A DNA stretch of 64,000 nucleotides, taken from Patescibacteria group bacterium (GTDB lineage Bacteria; Patescibacteriota; Doudnabacteria; UBA920). The notes beneath the pieces were generated by a model. It worked only from the letters and a program-made list of their open reading frames with translations. It made no database searches and had not been told where the DNA came from. The stretch is taken from assembly GCA_023484515.1 (NCBI GenBank), contig JAMDAY010000028.1:2544-66543 (forward strand). Reading direction: 5' to 3'. Below, one piece after another: positions 9,148 to 19,207 of this stretch. Positions within the stretch are counted from its first letter, which is position 1; every line of letters starts with the position of its first letter. The position numbers were made by a program, and so were the translations under genes.

Positions 9148-12030
9148 ATGAAAAAATATTTTATACTATTATTTTTTCTTTTATTGTTTTATTTCCCCAA
9201 AATAACCCATGCAGGAGTGGTTTTAGATACCACTTATGACCCTGTTTCCAACAACTATTGTTTAGACGACGACGGAAATAATATCCATTGCATTTTATAT
9301 GCTTACCGCTTTGATACTGGCCAAGGATACCCTATTCATTCCACCGGGAAACTGGAAAGCATTACCTTAAAGGTTGACTTAATCGGGTTTCCCCTTTTTG
9401 AACCGGAATACGCTAATCGTTATGTGGGAATTAGAATTGACGGTTCAAAAACGTTTTTTCACCGCTGCTATAGCAGGGACATGACTTATGGCGAGATATA
9501 TGCCCGTAATAATTCGTGGGTGGAAGTGACTTTTTATTGCGATCCCAATGACACAATAAATTTTGCCGAAGAAAAACTTGGGGTTATTTATGCCAACGAA
9601 GTTTCCCATCTTCATTTTGCCTTAACCACCCACGATTTAATTACTCCCACTACGCCTCCTTACGGAAATTGCCTTACTGACTATGCCAGCGAATATTACC
9701 ACGAGCCTCCAATTACGGACCGCGATCTTTGGATGAAAATTACTGACACGCCGCAGCAGCCTGCAAAAAACCCGGTATTGCTTATTCCGGGGATAATGGG
9801 CACGGAAATTTATAAAGGATCGGAAAAACTATGGCCAGATGTTAATAGGATGTTTTATTCATCTAGCGATGATTTTTTAAATCCTTTGTCTCTAAACGAT
9901 GGAGGTGTTCCTATATATACAGATGTGGTTTTAGGGGATATTGTAGGAAAGCCTAATACTCTTTTTGATTATAGTCAAGGGTTAATCAACGACCTCAAAT
10001 CCCAATCCTACACCGAAAACCAGACGCTTTTTACTTTTCCTTATGACTGGCGCAAGGAGTTGGGGAGCGTGGCGAACAATGAGCTAAAAAATAAGATTGA
10101 CGAAGTTTTAAATACTGCGTCATCGGCAAAGGTGGACGTTATTGCGCATAGCCAGGGCGGGCTGCTTATTAAGAAGCTGTTATACGACCACCCGGAATAT
10201 CAGGAAAAAATTAACAAAATCATTTTTGTGGGAGTGCCGAATTTGGGAGCGCCAAAAGCGGCCAAGGCCCTGCTTTACGGCGACAGCATGGACATTAGCT
10301 TTTTGGGGATGGGCTTAAACCCCGAAGAGATAAAATTTTTGGCGCACAATATGCCTTCGGTTTACGAATTGCTGCCAAGCGGGGAATATTTTAACCATTC
10401 CGGCGGCTACCTGGGAGCTGCCCAGCCGGCCTGGGTTTCTTTGCTGGATACGGGTAATGTATTTAATTACGAAGCCACCAACCAATATTTAACCGCCCAA
10501 AATTTGAATAACAATTTAATTGTCCAGGCGGCAAATTTTCACCAGCCCGATTACGACAACTTAAGTTTTTCCGGCAGCGGCATTAAAACTTACAATATTG
10601 TAGGCTGCCAGCAGCCGTCGCTGAGCGCGGTTTTGGACCGCGGCAAGGAAAGTCCCCTGTTAAGATACGGTCCGGGCGACGGCACGGTGCCGGTATTTTC
10701 GGCCAGCAATATTCCGGGCGCAACCACTTTTTATGCGTTAAATTCCAACCACGGGGAAATGCTTTCGCAAGAAGGCATCCGCCAGCAAATAGTAAGTTTA
10801 ATTGCCGGCAGCGGGTTGCCGGCCCAAAACGGCATTACAGCCGTCCAGACCGACTGCCGTTTTAACGGCCGCCAAATTTCCGTGCACAGCCCGGTAAATA
10901 TGCATATTTACGATGAAAGCCAAAACCACGTCGGGCTGGACAGCGAAGGGCAAATGGAAATTAACATTCCCGGCGTGCAGTTTGACGCTGTCGGCCACGA
11001 CCAGTATGCCTTTTTGCCCGAAGGCCATTCCTATACGGTAAAGTTGGCGGCTATTGGCAGCGGCAGCTTTGATTTTTATTCCACAATAATCCAAGACAGC
11101 CGGGAAGCTGGCACGGCTTTTTACCATAATATTCCGGTAGCAAGCTCTTCTTTGGCGGAAATTGCGCTGAATGCGGAAAATGACCAAAAAATTTTGTTGG
11201 ATGCAAGCGGCGACGGCGAGGCGAAAACGGAATACGGCCCTTCGGCCAGTTTGGACAGCGAACAAATGCTGGACATAACCGCGCCCGAAACAACCGTTTC
11301 CTTAAGCGGCCAGGCCGGCAAGGAGAACTATTTCCGGAGCAATGTTTCCGTAACTTTGTCCGCGGAAGACCCGGTTGTGTCCGGCAGGGCAAGCCAGGCG
11401 TCAGGGGTTTTGGAAACGGAATACAGCCTTGACTCCGGCCCGGGCTTCCAGGTTTACGCTGCCGGATCTCCCATAGTTGTGGGCAGCGAAGGCAAACACA
11501 AAATAGAATACTATTCCGTGGACAAGGCCGGCAACCGCGAAGAAACAAAAACTTTGGAATTTGTAATAGACAAGACCGCGCCCGAAGCGGTTATGCAATT
11601 TAATTACGACGCCAAAGATTTAATCGTATCCGGGCAAGACAGTCTTTCCTTGCCGGTTGACGCGGTTGACAGCGGCAACAGCGTTACTTTGTCCGACCAG
11701 GCGGGCAATGTTACTATTATTAAATTCAAAGAAAATGACAGGAAGCGCGCGCTTAGCGCGGAAATTGCGGCCATAACTTACAACGGCCGGCCTGCGGATA
11801 TAAGTAAAAACAAACTGGCCTTCTCCTGGAGCCTGGACAAGCAGGGGAATTTAAAACTGTTATCCCAGGACGCCAGGTCAATAAAAGATTTTAACGTGTC
11901 AGCAGTTTATAACGGCAAGCAGACAATAATTAAAGGCAGGGACGAAACCGGAAAAATTAACATTAAGTTTGGTTATCCTGTTTTCTTAAAGGTATTTACC
12001 CGGCAGGGCAGCCTGGGGTGGCAATATTAA
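9148..12030 (+). CDS. Secreted alpha/beta hydrolase (LCAT/PGAP1-like lipase or acyltransferase) with C-terminal Ig-like domains
   Basis: Signal peptide; PVLLIPGIMGT, FPYDWR, IAHSQGG nucleophile elbow, GDGTVP, NHGEM; C-terminal YYSVDKAGNRE. Confidence 0.85.
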   Translation: MKKYFILLFFLLLFYFPKITHAGVVLDTTYDPVSNNYCLDDDGNNIHCILYAYRFDTGQGYPIHSTGKLESITLKVDLIGFPLFEPEYANRYVGIRIDGSKTFFHRCYSRDMTYGEIYARNNSWVEVTFYCDPNDTINFAEEKLGVIYANEVSHLHFALTTHDLITPTTPPYGNCLTDYASEYYHEPPITDRDLWMKITDTPQQPAKNPVLLIPGIMGTEIYKGSEKLWPDVNRMFYSSSDDFLNPLSLNDGGVPIYTDVVLGDIVGKPNTLFDYSQGLINDLKSQSYTENQTLFTFPYDWRKELGSVANNELKNKIDEVLNTASSAKVDVIAHSQGGLLIKKLLYDHPEYQEKINKIIFVGVPNLGAPKAAKALLYGDSMDISFLGMGLNPEEIKFLAHNMPSVYELLPSGEYFNHSGGYLGAAQPAWVSLLDTGNVFNYEATNQYLTAQNLNNNLIVQAANFHQPDYDNLSFSGSGIKTYNIVGCQQPSLSAVLDRGKESPLLRYGPGDGTVPVFSASNIPGATTFYALNSNHGEMLSQEGIRQQIVSLIAGSGLPAQNGITAVQTDCRFNGRQISVHSPVNMHIYDESQNHVGLDSEGQMEINIPGVQFDAVGHDQYAFLPEGHSYTVKLAAIGSGSFDFYSTIIQDSREAGTAFYHNIPVASSSLAEIALNAENDQKILLDASGDGEAKTEYGPSASLDSEQMLDITAPETTVSLSGQAGKENYFRSNVSVTLSAEDPVVSGRASQASGVLETEYSLDSGPGFQVYAAGSPIVVGSEGKHKIEYYSVDKAGNREETKTLEFVIDKTAPEAVMQFNYDAKDLIVSGQDSLSLPVDAVDSGNSVTLSDQAGNVTIIKFKENDRKRALSAEIAAITYNGRPADISKNKLAFSWSLDKQGNLKLLSQDARSIKDFNVSAVYNGKQTIIKGRDETGKINIKFGYPVFLKVFTRQGSLGWQY

Positions 12031-12289
12031 AATATTTCCAAGCGGTTTAAAAATAAATTTTCCCCTTTTACGGGGATTTTATTTTGGCTAAAGATAAAAA
12101 CCTTTTTACATAAGCGGGCAAGCTGTAAGTCCTAATGGCAAAAAAAGTCTTATACGTATGGAAAACAGAATGGTTTGGGCAGGCTGCGGCGGTTGTAAAT
12201 TAAAACCGTTTTTTAAAACGTCCGGAAACTAATAAATTAAAGGTCGAAACAATTTATTGTCAATTAATATACAAAGGAGAAAATTTATT

Positions 12290-12475
12290 ATGTGGCAACA
12301 ATGGTTAAACGGAATATTGGGCATCTGGGTAATTGTCGCGGCTTGGAGTTATATGTCATCCGGAACCGGTAGAACTTTGCTGATTATTACCGGAATAGTG
12401 GTGGCAATTTTGGGTTTCTGGGGCGCGTCTATGTCTCCAACCTATCGCGGCAGCAGCAGGCCGGGACAAATGTAA
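12290..12475 (+). CDS. Small SPW-repeat-like membrane protein
   Basis: AAGGAG RBS; WQQWLNGILGIW two-TM pattern. Confidence 0.7.
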   Translation: MWQQWLNGILGIWVIVAAWSYMSSGTGRTLLIITGIVVAILGFWGASMSPTYRGSSRPGQM

Positions 12476-12491
12476 TTGGGTTTGCTTCTTA

Positions 12492-12566
12492 GTAACCGCT
12501 TCGGTTTTTGCCGAAGCGGTTATTTTGACGCAAATTTAAACAGCCCTTATTGCAAGGGCTGTTTGG
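12492..12566. terminator. Two hairpins between convergent genes
   Basis: TAACCGCTTCGG..CCGAAGCGGTTA and AAACAGCCCTT..AAGGGCTGTTT. Confidence 0.65.
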
Positions 12567-12579
12567 AAATTTTGATATA

Positions 12580-12843
12580 TTATGCCAATTTGGCAATAGC
12601 CTTGGCCAGGCGGGACTTTTTCCGGGATGCGGTATTTTTTTTGATGGTCTTGGTCTTGGTCGCTTTGTCCAGGGCGGACATGGCCGCCTTTAAGGCCTGG
12701 GCCGCTTCGCTCTTTTTGCCAGCGGTGATCAGCTTGCGCGTTTCTTTAATGGCGTCTTTGAACTTATTTTTAACTTTTAAGTTCCTGGCGCGGCGGCGCA
12801 GCGATTGCCTCATGGCCTTGGCCGCAGATTTAGTGTTGGGCAT
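12580..12843 (-). CDS. rpsT: 30S ribosomal protein S20
   Basis: MPNTKSAAKAMRQS...KNTASRKKSRL. Confidence 0.97.
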   Translation of the reverse strand: MPNTKSAAKAMRQSLRRRARNLKVKNKFKDAIKETRKLITAGKKSEAAQALKAAMSALDKATKTKTIKKNTASRKKSRLAKAIAKLA

Positions 12844-13044
12844 ACAGTAATTTAAGGATTTAATGATTGAAAATTGAAAGATTATGACACGGTTCCCGTA
12901 AAAATACAGCAGCCATTTTAGCGGGATAAGGTGATTTTACCAAAGATGGCGGAAAAGGGCAAGGGCCGCAAGTTTTAGTTCTATTTTTTAAAATTTGATT
13001 AATATCAAAATTTGGAAAAAAGAGGGGAGAGGTGCGAGTCTCCC

Positions 13045-13638
13045 CTAGAAGGTGCATGCAACACCTAGGCCCCCAGTTTGCACCTGTTTGCCGAAGTTGT
13101 ATTCGGCAAAGACAAGGAACTTGCCTTTGGGGATGGCAATACCAATTGGCCAGTTGTGCACCACGCCAGGCGGAGTGAACAGCTTATCCGCGGCATGCCC
13201 AAGCGGTACTGTGGCGCTATAGCCGCCGTAGAGCGTTGCCGCATGGAAATCGTGGCTGACAACTCCGGCCACAAACCAGATGGCCGCGGCTGCATCTTTC
13301 CGGCGGTTGAGCGGCGTACTCACCGTTTGGAACGTTGAGATATTCATCAGCTTGGTTTTAAGCAGATTAATGTTTGCTCCGCCGGAAATGGCCGTTTGCG
13401 CCTGGCCGAGCGCCGTGGTTTCGCTGACGCCGCCGAATACGTCGATCCGGTCGGTTACTCCACGCCACACCTGGGCCGTGGAAAACGTCTGCGTGGTGAA
13501 ATCTTTCACCATGAGCGCGTTAGCCGAAACGAAGGCCGCGGTTTTACCCTTACCCATGGTGTCTGCAGTTATCAGAGTTTGGGCGTTGGCTAACATCGTC
13601 AGAGCCAGAAGTACCATCGTCGCGGTAAAGGTTTTCAT
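13045..13638 (-). CDS. Secreted beta-rich hypothetical protein
   Basis: AAGGAGG RBS, signal peptide, alternating beta strands, terminal Phe. Confidence 0.7.
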   Translation of the reverse strand: MKTFTATMVLLALTMLANAQTLITADTMGKGKTAAFVSANALMVKDFTTQTFSTAQVWRGVTDRIDVFGGVSETTALGQAQTAISGGANINLLKTKLMNISTFQTVSTPLNRRKDAAAAIWFVAGVVSHDFHAATLYGGYSATVPLGHAADKLFTPPGVVHNWPIGIAIPKGKFLVFAEYNFGKQVQTGGLGVACTF

Positions 13639-13830
13639 AAGCCCCTCCTTTTAGAGACTGTTAAAACGTTGTTCGTTTTAACTGATAACTATACCATAAA
13701 TAATAAGGATAGTCAATAATTGTGACTAGGAAGTATGTGCAAATTAGCCTTTTTGTAGAGGAATTTAGCAGTAATACAATAATTTGTCAGAAAAATTGAC
13801 AAAATAGGAAAATAGGAATATAATTAGATT

Positions 13831-14598
13831 ATGGAAATAAGCGAAGTATTGAACCAAGTTGGCCTAAATAACAAAGAAACCCAAGTTTATTTGGGTTTAT
13901 TAGAACTGGGGACTGCCAGCGTGCAGTTAATCGCGCAAAAAGCGGGGATTAAGCGCCCAACTACATATTTGATATTGGACGATCTGCAGCGCAAAGGTTT
14001 GGTAAGTGTTGTGCCTCGCGCCAAGAAAGCTCTTTATACGGCTGAATCGCCACAGAAGATTTTGCACGACCTGCACCACAAACAAGAATTGGCAAAAAGA
14101 TTTTTACCGAACATGATGGCTTTGTATAATGCCAAGATAGACAAGCCGCAGGTGTTATTGTTTGAAGGCAGGGATGCGGTGCGCGAGGTCTACAAAAAAA
14201 TTTTAAAGGCCAAAGAAGTGGATTTTTTTTCCACTATCCGCGACATTATTTCCGCTTATCCCGATTACCCGAAACTTTTAAACCAAAAAGCCATGCAGGG
14301 TTCGGTCAAAGTGAGAGAGCTGCTGACAAGGAGCGAGGCGGATATTGTTTATGCTAATAGTATGGACCATGGCCAAAATTTTTTGCAAAGATTCACCCCG
14401 AGTCAAGGAGAATTTTTGACGGATAATTGCCTATATGATGGAAACGCGGTATTTTTTTCTTATCAACCTTACATTTTCGCGGTCCAAATCGCCAGCCAGG
14501 GGATATACAAGTCCTTAAGGAATCTTTTTGAATATGCCTGGCAGGCGGCGGAACCTTTTGAAAAACTTTTTTCTAAAGGTAAAACCGCCCTGGTATAG
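13831..14598 (+). CDS. TrmB-family transcriptional regulator
   Basis: GLNNKETQVYLGLLELG...IKRPTTYLIL winged HTH; FEG..AVREVY. Upstream TTGACA-17-TATATT. Confidence 0.9.
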   Translation: MEISEVLNQVGLNNKETQVYLGLLELGTASVQLIAQKAGIKRPTTYLILDDLQRKGLVSVVPRAKKALYTAESPQKILHDLHHKQELAKRFLPNMMALYNAKIDKPQVLLFEGRDAVREVYKKILKAKEVDFFSTIRDIISAYPDYPKLLNQKAMQGSVKVRELLTRSEADIVYANSMDHGQNFLQRFTPSQGEFLTDNCLYDGNAVFFSYQPYIFAVQIASQGIYKSLRNLFEYAWQAAEPFEKLFSKGKTALV

Positions 14599-14651
14599 GG
14601 CGGATAAGCCGGTTTTGGCTTTTACGTCAAAGGTTTTATAATAAGGACATT

Positions 14652-16766
14652 TTATTTTTTCCGTAGCTTTCGGATTTTTTTTACTTCGTTTAGACGGTCG
14701 CGAAGTTTGGCGGCCAGCTCAAATTCCAAATTTTTGGCGGCCAGGTCCATTTGTTCCCCCAGTTCTTCCAAGTAGAGCTTAAGTTCCTGGGCGTCCATTT
14801 TTAAAGGATCTATGCTGCCGGAAGACCGGACAGCATCCGCCTCCATACCCTTGGCTCCAGCCAGCCGGGTATCGGCAATGGCTTTTTTTATGGTTTGCGG
14901 AGTTATGCCGTGTTGTTTGTTATAAGCTTCCTGAAGCTTGCGGCGGCGGTTGGTTTCGTTTATGGCGCGATCCATGGAGCCGGTCTTTTTGTCCGCATAC
15001 ATAATAACGTGGCCGCGGACATGCCTGGCTGCGCGGCCCATCATTTGCATGAAAAAAGTTTCCGACCTTAAAAACCCTTCCTTGTCCGCATCCAAAATGG
15101 CCACCAGCGAAACCTCGGGCAAATCCAGGCCCTCGCGCAGCAAATTTATCCCCACCAGCACGTCGTAAACTCCCAAGCGCAAGTCGCGCAAGGTTTCCAA
15201 ACGTTCAAATGTGTCAACGTCGCTGTGCACGTAATGCACTTTTATGCCTTCTTCGTTCAGGTATTCGCTTAGTTCTTCGGCCATGCGCTTGGTCAGCGTG
15301 GCCGCTAATATCCTTTCATGGTTTTTTATCCGCCCGTTAATTTGTTCTATTAAGTCATCCACCTGGTTTTTAATGGGTTTGATTTCTATGGTCGGGTCAA
15401 GCAGGCCGGTAGGGCGGATAATCTGTTCTATGATGGAAGGGGGATTTAATGGTTTTGTAGGGGCCGCCTTTAGGCGCCCGCTATCATCGGACGGGCGGCT
15501 AAAGCTCGCCCCTACATTTTTCAACAATCGCTTTGGCCGAAAGTTCGCTTTTTGGGCAAGGGACGATTCAATTTCAAATTTGGCCGGCGTGGCGGAAACA
15601 AACACGGCTTGGGTTATTTTTTTTTCAAACTCGGCAAACTTTAACGGCCGGTTGTCCAGGGCGCTGGGCAGGCGGAAGCCGTAATCCACCAGCGTGGTTT
15701 TGCGCGACTTGTCGCCTTCGTACATGGCGCCAATCTGCGGCACGCTCTGGTGGGATTCGTCCAAAAACAGCAAAAAGTCGTCCGGAAAATAATCTATCAG
15801 GGTGGAAGGCGGTTCGCCCGGCGCGCGGCCGTCCAAATGCCGGGAATAATTTTCTATCCCCGCGACAAAACCGGTATTGGCCAGCATTTCCAAGTCAAAA
15901 TTCGTGCGCTGCTCCAGGCGCTGGGCTTCCAAAAGTTTGCCTTGGCTTTTAAGCTCCTTAAGCCTTTGGACCAGTTCCTGCCGAATGCTTTCCATTGCGG
16001 TTTGCAGTTTTTCTTCGGGCGTCACGAAATGCTTGGCCGGGAAAATGGTAAATTTTTCCAAGTCTTCCAGTTTCTCGTTGGTCAGGGCGTCCAGGCGCTC
16101 AATTTTCTCCACTTGGTCGCCAAAAAAATCCAGGCGGATAACCGTGTCCTCGGAAGACAAAATCAGCTCCACCACGTCGCCTTGGGCGCGGTAAGTTCCT
16201 CTTTGCAGATCCAGGTCATTGCGGTGGTATTGCAAGTCAGTCAGGCGGCGCAGCAGCTTGTCGCGCTTTACGGTTTCGCCGCGCTTAATTTCCATGGACA
16301 GGTCCAAATAGTCCGCCGGGTTGCCCAGGCCGTAAATGCAGGAAACGGACGCGCAAATTATCACGTCGCGCCGCGACAGCAGGGACTGCGTGGCCGCGTT
16401 GCGCAGGCGGTCAATTTCCTCGTTAATTTGCGTTTCCTTCTCTATATAAGTGTCGGTCCGGGGAATGTAAGCTTCGGGCTGGTAGTAATCGTAATACGAC
16501 ACAAAGTAGTGGACCGCGTTATTTGGGAAAAACTCCTGGAATTCGGCAGCGAGCTGCGCGGCCAAAGTCTTGTTGTGGGAAATAACCAAAGCCGGGCGCT
16601 GCAATTTTTGCACCACGTTGGCCATGGTAAAAGTCTTGCCTGAGCCGGTTACGCCCAAAAGCGTCTGGTATTTGCGGCCGGTTTGCAGGGATTTAATTAA
16701 GCCTTCTATCGCCCGGGGCTGGTCCCCGGCGGGTTGGAATTTGGATTTAAGCTTAAATTGGTTCAT
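14652..16766 (-). CDS. uvrB: Excinuclease ABC subunit B
   Basis: [28 protein letters not shown]-terminal UVR domain. Confidence 0.98.
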   Translation of the reverse strand: MNQFKLKSKFQPAGDQPRAIEGLIKSLQTGRKYQTLLGVTGSGKTFTMANVVQKLQRPALVISHNKTLAAQLAAEFQEFFPNNAVHYFVSYYDYYQPEAYIPRTDTYIEKETQINEEIDRLRNAATQSLLSRRDVIICASVSCIYGLGNPADYLDLSMEIKRGETVKRDKLLRRLTDLQYHRNDLDLQRGTYRAQGDVVELILSSEDTVIRLDFFGDQVEKIERLDALTNEKLEDLEKFTIFPAKHFVTPEEKLQTAMESIRQELVQRLKELKSQGKLLEAQRLEQRTNFDLEMLANTGFVAGIENYSRHLDGRAPGEPPSTLIDYFPDDFLLFLDESHQSVPQIGAMYEGDKSRKTTLVDYGFRLPSALDNRPLKFAEFEKKITQAVFVSATPAKFEIESSLAQKANFRPKRLLKNVGASFSRPSDDSGRLKAAPTKPLNPPSIIEQIIRPTGLLDPTIEIKPIKNQVDDLIEQINGRIKNHERILAATLTKRMAEELSEYLNEEGIKVHYVHSDVDTFERLETLRDLRLGVYDVLVGINLLREGLDLPEVSLVAILDADKEGFLRSETFFMQMMGRAARHVRGHVIMYADKKTGSMDRAINETNRRRKLQEAYNKQHGITPQTIKKAIADTRLAGAKGMEADAVRSSGSIDPLKMDAQELKLYLEELGEQMDLAAKNLEFELAAKLRDRLNEVKKIRKLRKK
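15456..15516. repeat. GTAG-type REP doublet inserted in frame in uvrB
   Basis: TGTAGGGGCCGCCTTTAGGCGCCCG...CGGGCGGCTAAAGCTCGCCCCTACA; close homolog intergenic at 21990-22046. Confidence 0.9.
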
Positions 16767-16899
16767 GTGTTATATTATAGGACGAATAGGGGGCATTGGG
16801 ACAAATAAGGCCTATGGGCCATCTTTTATCATAACAAAATTTTTTGGGTTTTGTCCACAATCTTAAAACTGCCCGCTTAACACGGATAGCAGGTTGTTT

Positions 16900-16933
16900 A
16901 AAATAAAAAAACGGGCCAGTCACGTTCTGGCCC
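16900..16933 (-). terminator. Intrinsic terminator downstream of tRNA-Ala
   Basis: GGGCCAG-7 nt-CTGGCCC followed by a T-run on the minus strand. Confidence 0.75.
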
Positions 16934-16969
16934 AAGATCCAAGTGGAGGTAGGATGGGATAAGAGGGTC

Positions 16970-17094
16970 GGCAGGTTGGCCGGTTAAGGCCTGGCTACGA
17001 AATGCGTGAGACGAGCGTTGCTTTCCCGGTAAGGAAAGCCGTGTTCGTAATTTTCGTAGCACCCGGCGGGCTTTTATACCGCCAAGTTCCTGCC
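16970..17094. ncRNA. Unidentified 125-nt rod-like structured element
   Basis: Nested pairings GGCAGG/CCTGCC, TTGG/CCAA, CTACGAAA/TTTCGTAG, ACGAGC/GTTCGT, GCTTTCC/GGAAAGC. Confidence 0.5.
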
Positions 17095-17122
17095 ATAAAG
17101 TATAAATCCTCATTAAGATTGT

Positions 17123-17198
17123 TGGGGGAGCCGGAAGGAGTTGAACCTTCGACCTCCTGCTTGCAAAGCAGGCGCTCTGCCGTCTGAGCTACGGCCCC
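17123..17198 (-). tRNA. tRNA-Ala(TGC)
   Basis: Cloverleaf GGGGCCG...CGGCTCC with G3:U70, anticodon TGC, GGTTCAACTCC T-arm and encoded CCA. Confidence 0.97.
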
Positions 17199-17274
17199 AA
17201 CCGAATGAGCGGGCAAAAAGCGCCCGAGCGCAACCACAAAGGGCGCAAATTTTGCCCGCTCCCATGTGAAGAAA

Positions 17275-17303
17275 AGCTTACAGGATTTTTTTGCCTTTGT
17301 CAA
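17275..17303 (-). promoter_or_regulatory. Sigma70-type promoter for tRNA-Ala
   Basis: TTGACA-17 bp-TAAGCT on the minus strand. Confidence 0.65.
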
Positions 17304-17382
17304 TAATCCGGGGAATTGGTAGAATATAGCTACAGAGATGCTCCGGTGTAAAGTCGGAGCCGTCCGTAGTTTTAGCAGATTT

Positions 17383-17943
17383 ATGATCGCATACCTAAAA
17401 GGCACAATTTTAGAAAAAGGCCCGGCCTATATTATCCTGGAAACCAATGGGATAGGATATAAGGTTTTTGTGACGCCGGAAATTTTGGAGGCTAAAATAG
17501 GGGAGGCCGTGTCCGCTTATGTTTACCATAAAGTCAGCGAAGACGGGCAGGCCTTGTTTGGCGTGCCGGATTTTAACACTTTGCAGCTTTTTGAATTATT
17601 GGTTACGGTTTCCGGCGTGGGGCCGAAAGTCGCGCTGGCAATACTTTCGGCTACCAGGGCGGAAACAGTCAGGCAAGCCATTGCCAACCAGGACCCCGCC
17701 GTATTTACCCGCGTGTCCGGAGTGGGGACCAAAACCGCAGAGAGGATTATTTTGGAGTTAAAAAACAAGATGGGGGCGCTGGAAGTTTCCGGCGGCATAG
17801 CCGCGTCCGGCGACGTGTTTGACGCGCTTATCGCCCTGGGCTATTCGCAAAAGGAAGTGCGCGAAGCTTTAAAGAAAATAGACGCCAATTTGCCCAGCCA
17901 GCAGCAGCTTAAGGAAGCGCTAAAGATGCTGGGAAAAGCGTAA
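17383..17943 (+). CDS. ruvA: Holliday junction branch migration protein RuvA
   Basis: MIAYLKG, VSGVGPKVAL, VSGVGTKTAERIILEL, ALIALGY. Confidence 0.97.
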   Translation: MIAYLKGTILEKGPAYIILETNGIGYKVFVTPEILEAKIGEAVSAYVYHKVSEDGQALFGVPDFNTLQLFELLVTVSGVGPKVALAILSATRAETVRQAIANQDPAVFTRVSGVGTKTAERIILELKNKMGALEVSGGIAASGDVFDALIALGYSQKEVREALKKIDANLPSQQQLKEALKMLGKA

Positions 17944-17973
17944 GATTACGGAATACGGATTGATACGGATAAA

Positions 17974-18075
17974 GGGTGAAGACGGCCTTCCGGGACCGGC
18001 CTTCTATAGTTAGGATGATGATAAACAATATCCAATAATTTAAAATCTGTTTGTCCCGGAAGGCCGTCTTCACTG
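17974..18075. mobile_element. 102-bp hairpin element (MITE/REPIN-like), copy 1
   Basis: Perfect 21-bp inverted repeat GTGAAGACGGCCTTCCGGGAC. Flanked by inverted ACGGAT/ATCCGT repeats at 17944-17971 and 18097-18125. Confidence 0.7.
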
Positions 18076-18132
18076 CCAGAAAGGATCAAGCATTTTTCCG
18101 ATTCGTAATCCGTAAAGTTTATCTGCTCATAT

Positions 18133-19158
18133 ATGAACCTTGTCCAGGCAACAGAAGAATACAGGAAAGAATACAACCACTTTGTTGCAATGCAGCCGAG
18201 TGGCAGTTTTTTGCAGTCCTGGGAATGGGGGCAGTGGCAGGAAGAATTGGGGAGGAAGGCGTTTCGGTATTTTATAGCAGGCAGCGATAACGATCACCGG
18301 AAAGCGGCGGGGGCGGTCCAGTTAATAAAGATGCCGCTGCCAACGGGAAAATATTATCTTTACGCGCCCTATGGGCCGGTAGGTAATTTAAGATTTAAGA
18401 TTGGAGATTTAAGACCTGCTTTGCAGGAATTGCGCAGAAAATTTCCAGAAGCGATTTTTTTTAGATTTGAGCCAAAGTCTGGAATTTGCAATCTGGAATC
18501 TGCAATCCCGACGGCCCATATTCAGCCGAATAAAACTTTAATTTTAGATTTAACCAAATCCAAAGATCAATTACTAAAAGAGATGCGCCCCAAGACGCGC
18601 TATAATATCCGCCTGGCGCAAAGGCACGGCGTGCAGGTTAAAGCGGATTTGGCGGTTACGCCGGGGCACGGGCTGTATTTGCGGGAATCGCTGGAATTAA
18701 TTTTGCAGACCAGCCGCAGGCAAAAATTTAAGACTTTTCCGGAAAGCTATTACCAGAATTTTTTAAATTTTTTCGGAATAAGGAATGGCCAAAGCGCGGT
18801 AAAAGTATATGTTTATAAAGCCTTGTATAACAAGGATCTGCTGGCTGCGGCAATCATGGTGGATTTCGGAAGAGTGAGAACTTATTTATTTGGAGGATCT
18901 TCTTCCAGCCGGCGCGAAGTCATGGCCCCGCATTTGCTGCACTACCAGGCTTTGGTTGATGCCAAAGCGGCCGGCCTGGAGCGGTACGATTTTTGGGGCC
19001 TGGACACGGCGCGGGAAAAAGACCCGGGTTTTGCGCGGTTCAAATTGGGGTTTGGCGGCCAAGTTTTGCAGTATCCCGGGGCTTATGATATAGTGCAGCG
19101 TAAGCTGCAATACGGAATGTATGAATTTTTCAGGAAGGTGAACAGGGCGGTTCACTAG
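18133..19158 (+). CDS. FemAB/FemX-family peptidoglycan bridge aminoacyltransferase
   Basis: SFLQSWEWG, YAPYGP, KTRYNIRLA, YDFWG, RFKLGFGG. Confidence 0.93.
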   Translation: MNLVQATEEYRKEYNHFVAMQPSGSFLQSWEWGQWQEELGRKAFRYFIAGSDNDHRKAAGAVQLIKMPLPTGKYYLYAPYGPVGNLRFKIGDLRPALQELRRKFPEAIFFRFEPKSGICNLESAIPTAHIQPNKTLILDLTKSKDQLLKEMRPKTRYNIRLAQRHGVQVKADLAVTPGHGLYLRESLELILQTSRRQKFKTFPESYYQNFLNFFGIRNGQSAVKVYVYKALYNKDLLAAAIMVDFGRVRTYLFGGSSSSRREVMAPHLLHYQALVDAKAAGLERYDFWGLDTAREKDPGFARFKLGFGGQVLQYPGAYDIVQRKLQYGMYEFFRKVNRAVH

Positions 19159-19207
19159 CCTGACGCAATAAAGGGGGTTGGCCAAGATTGATCATAACGC
19201 CCATAAC

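Noticed and set aside
15750-16643. Long antisense ORF in uvrB (similar ones in rpoB, rpoC and valS)
   Set aside because: Shadow ORFs produced by codon bias of the real genes.
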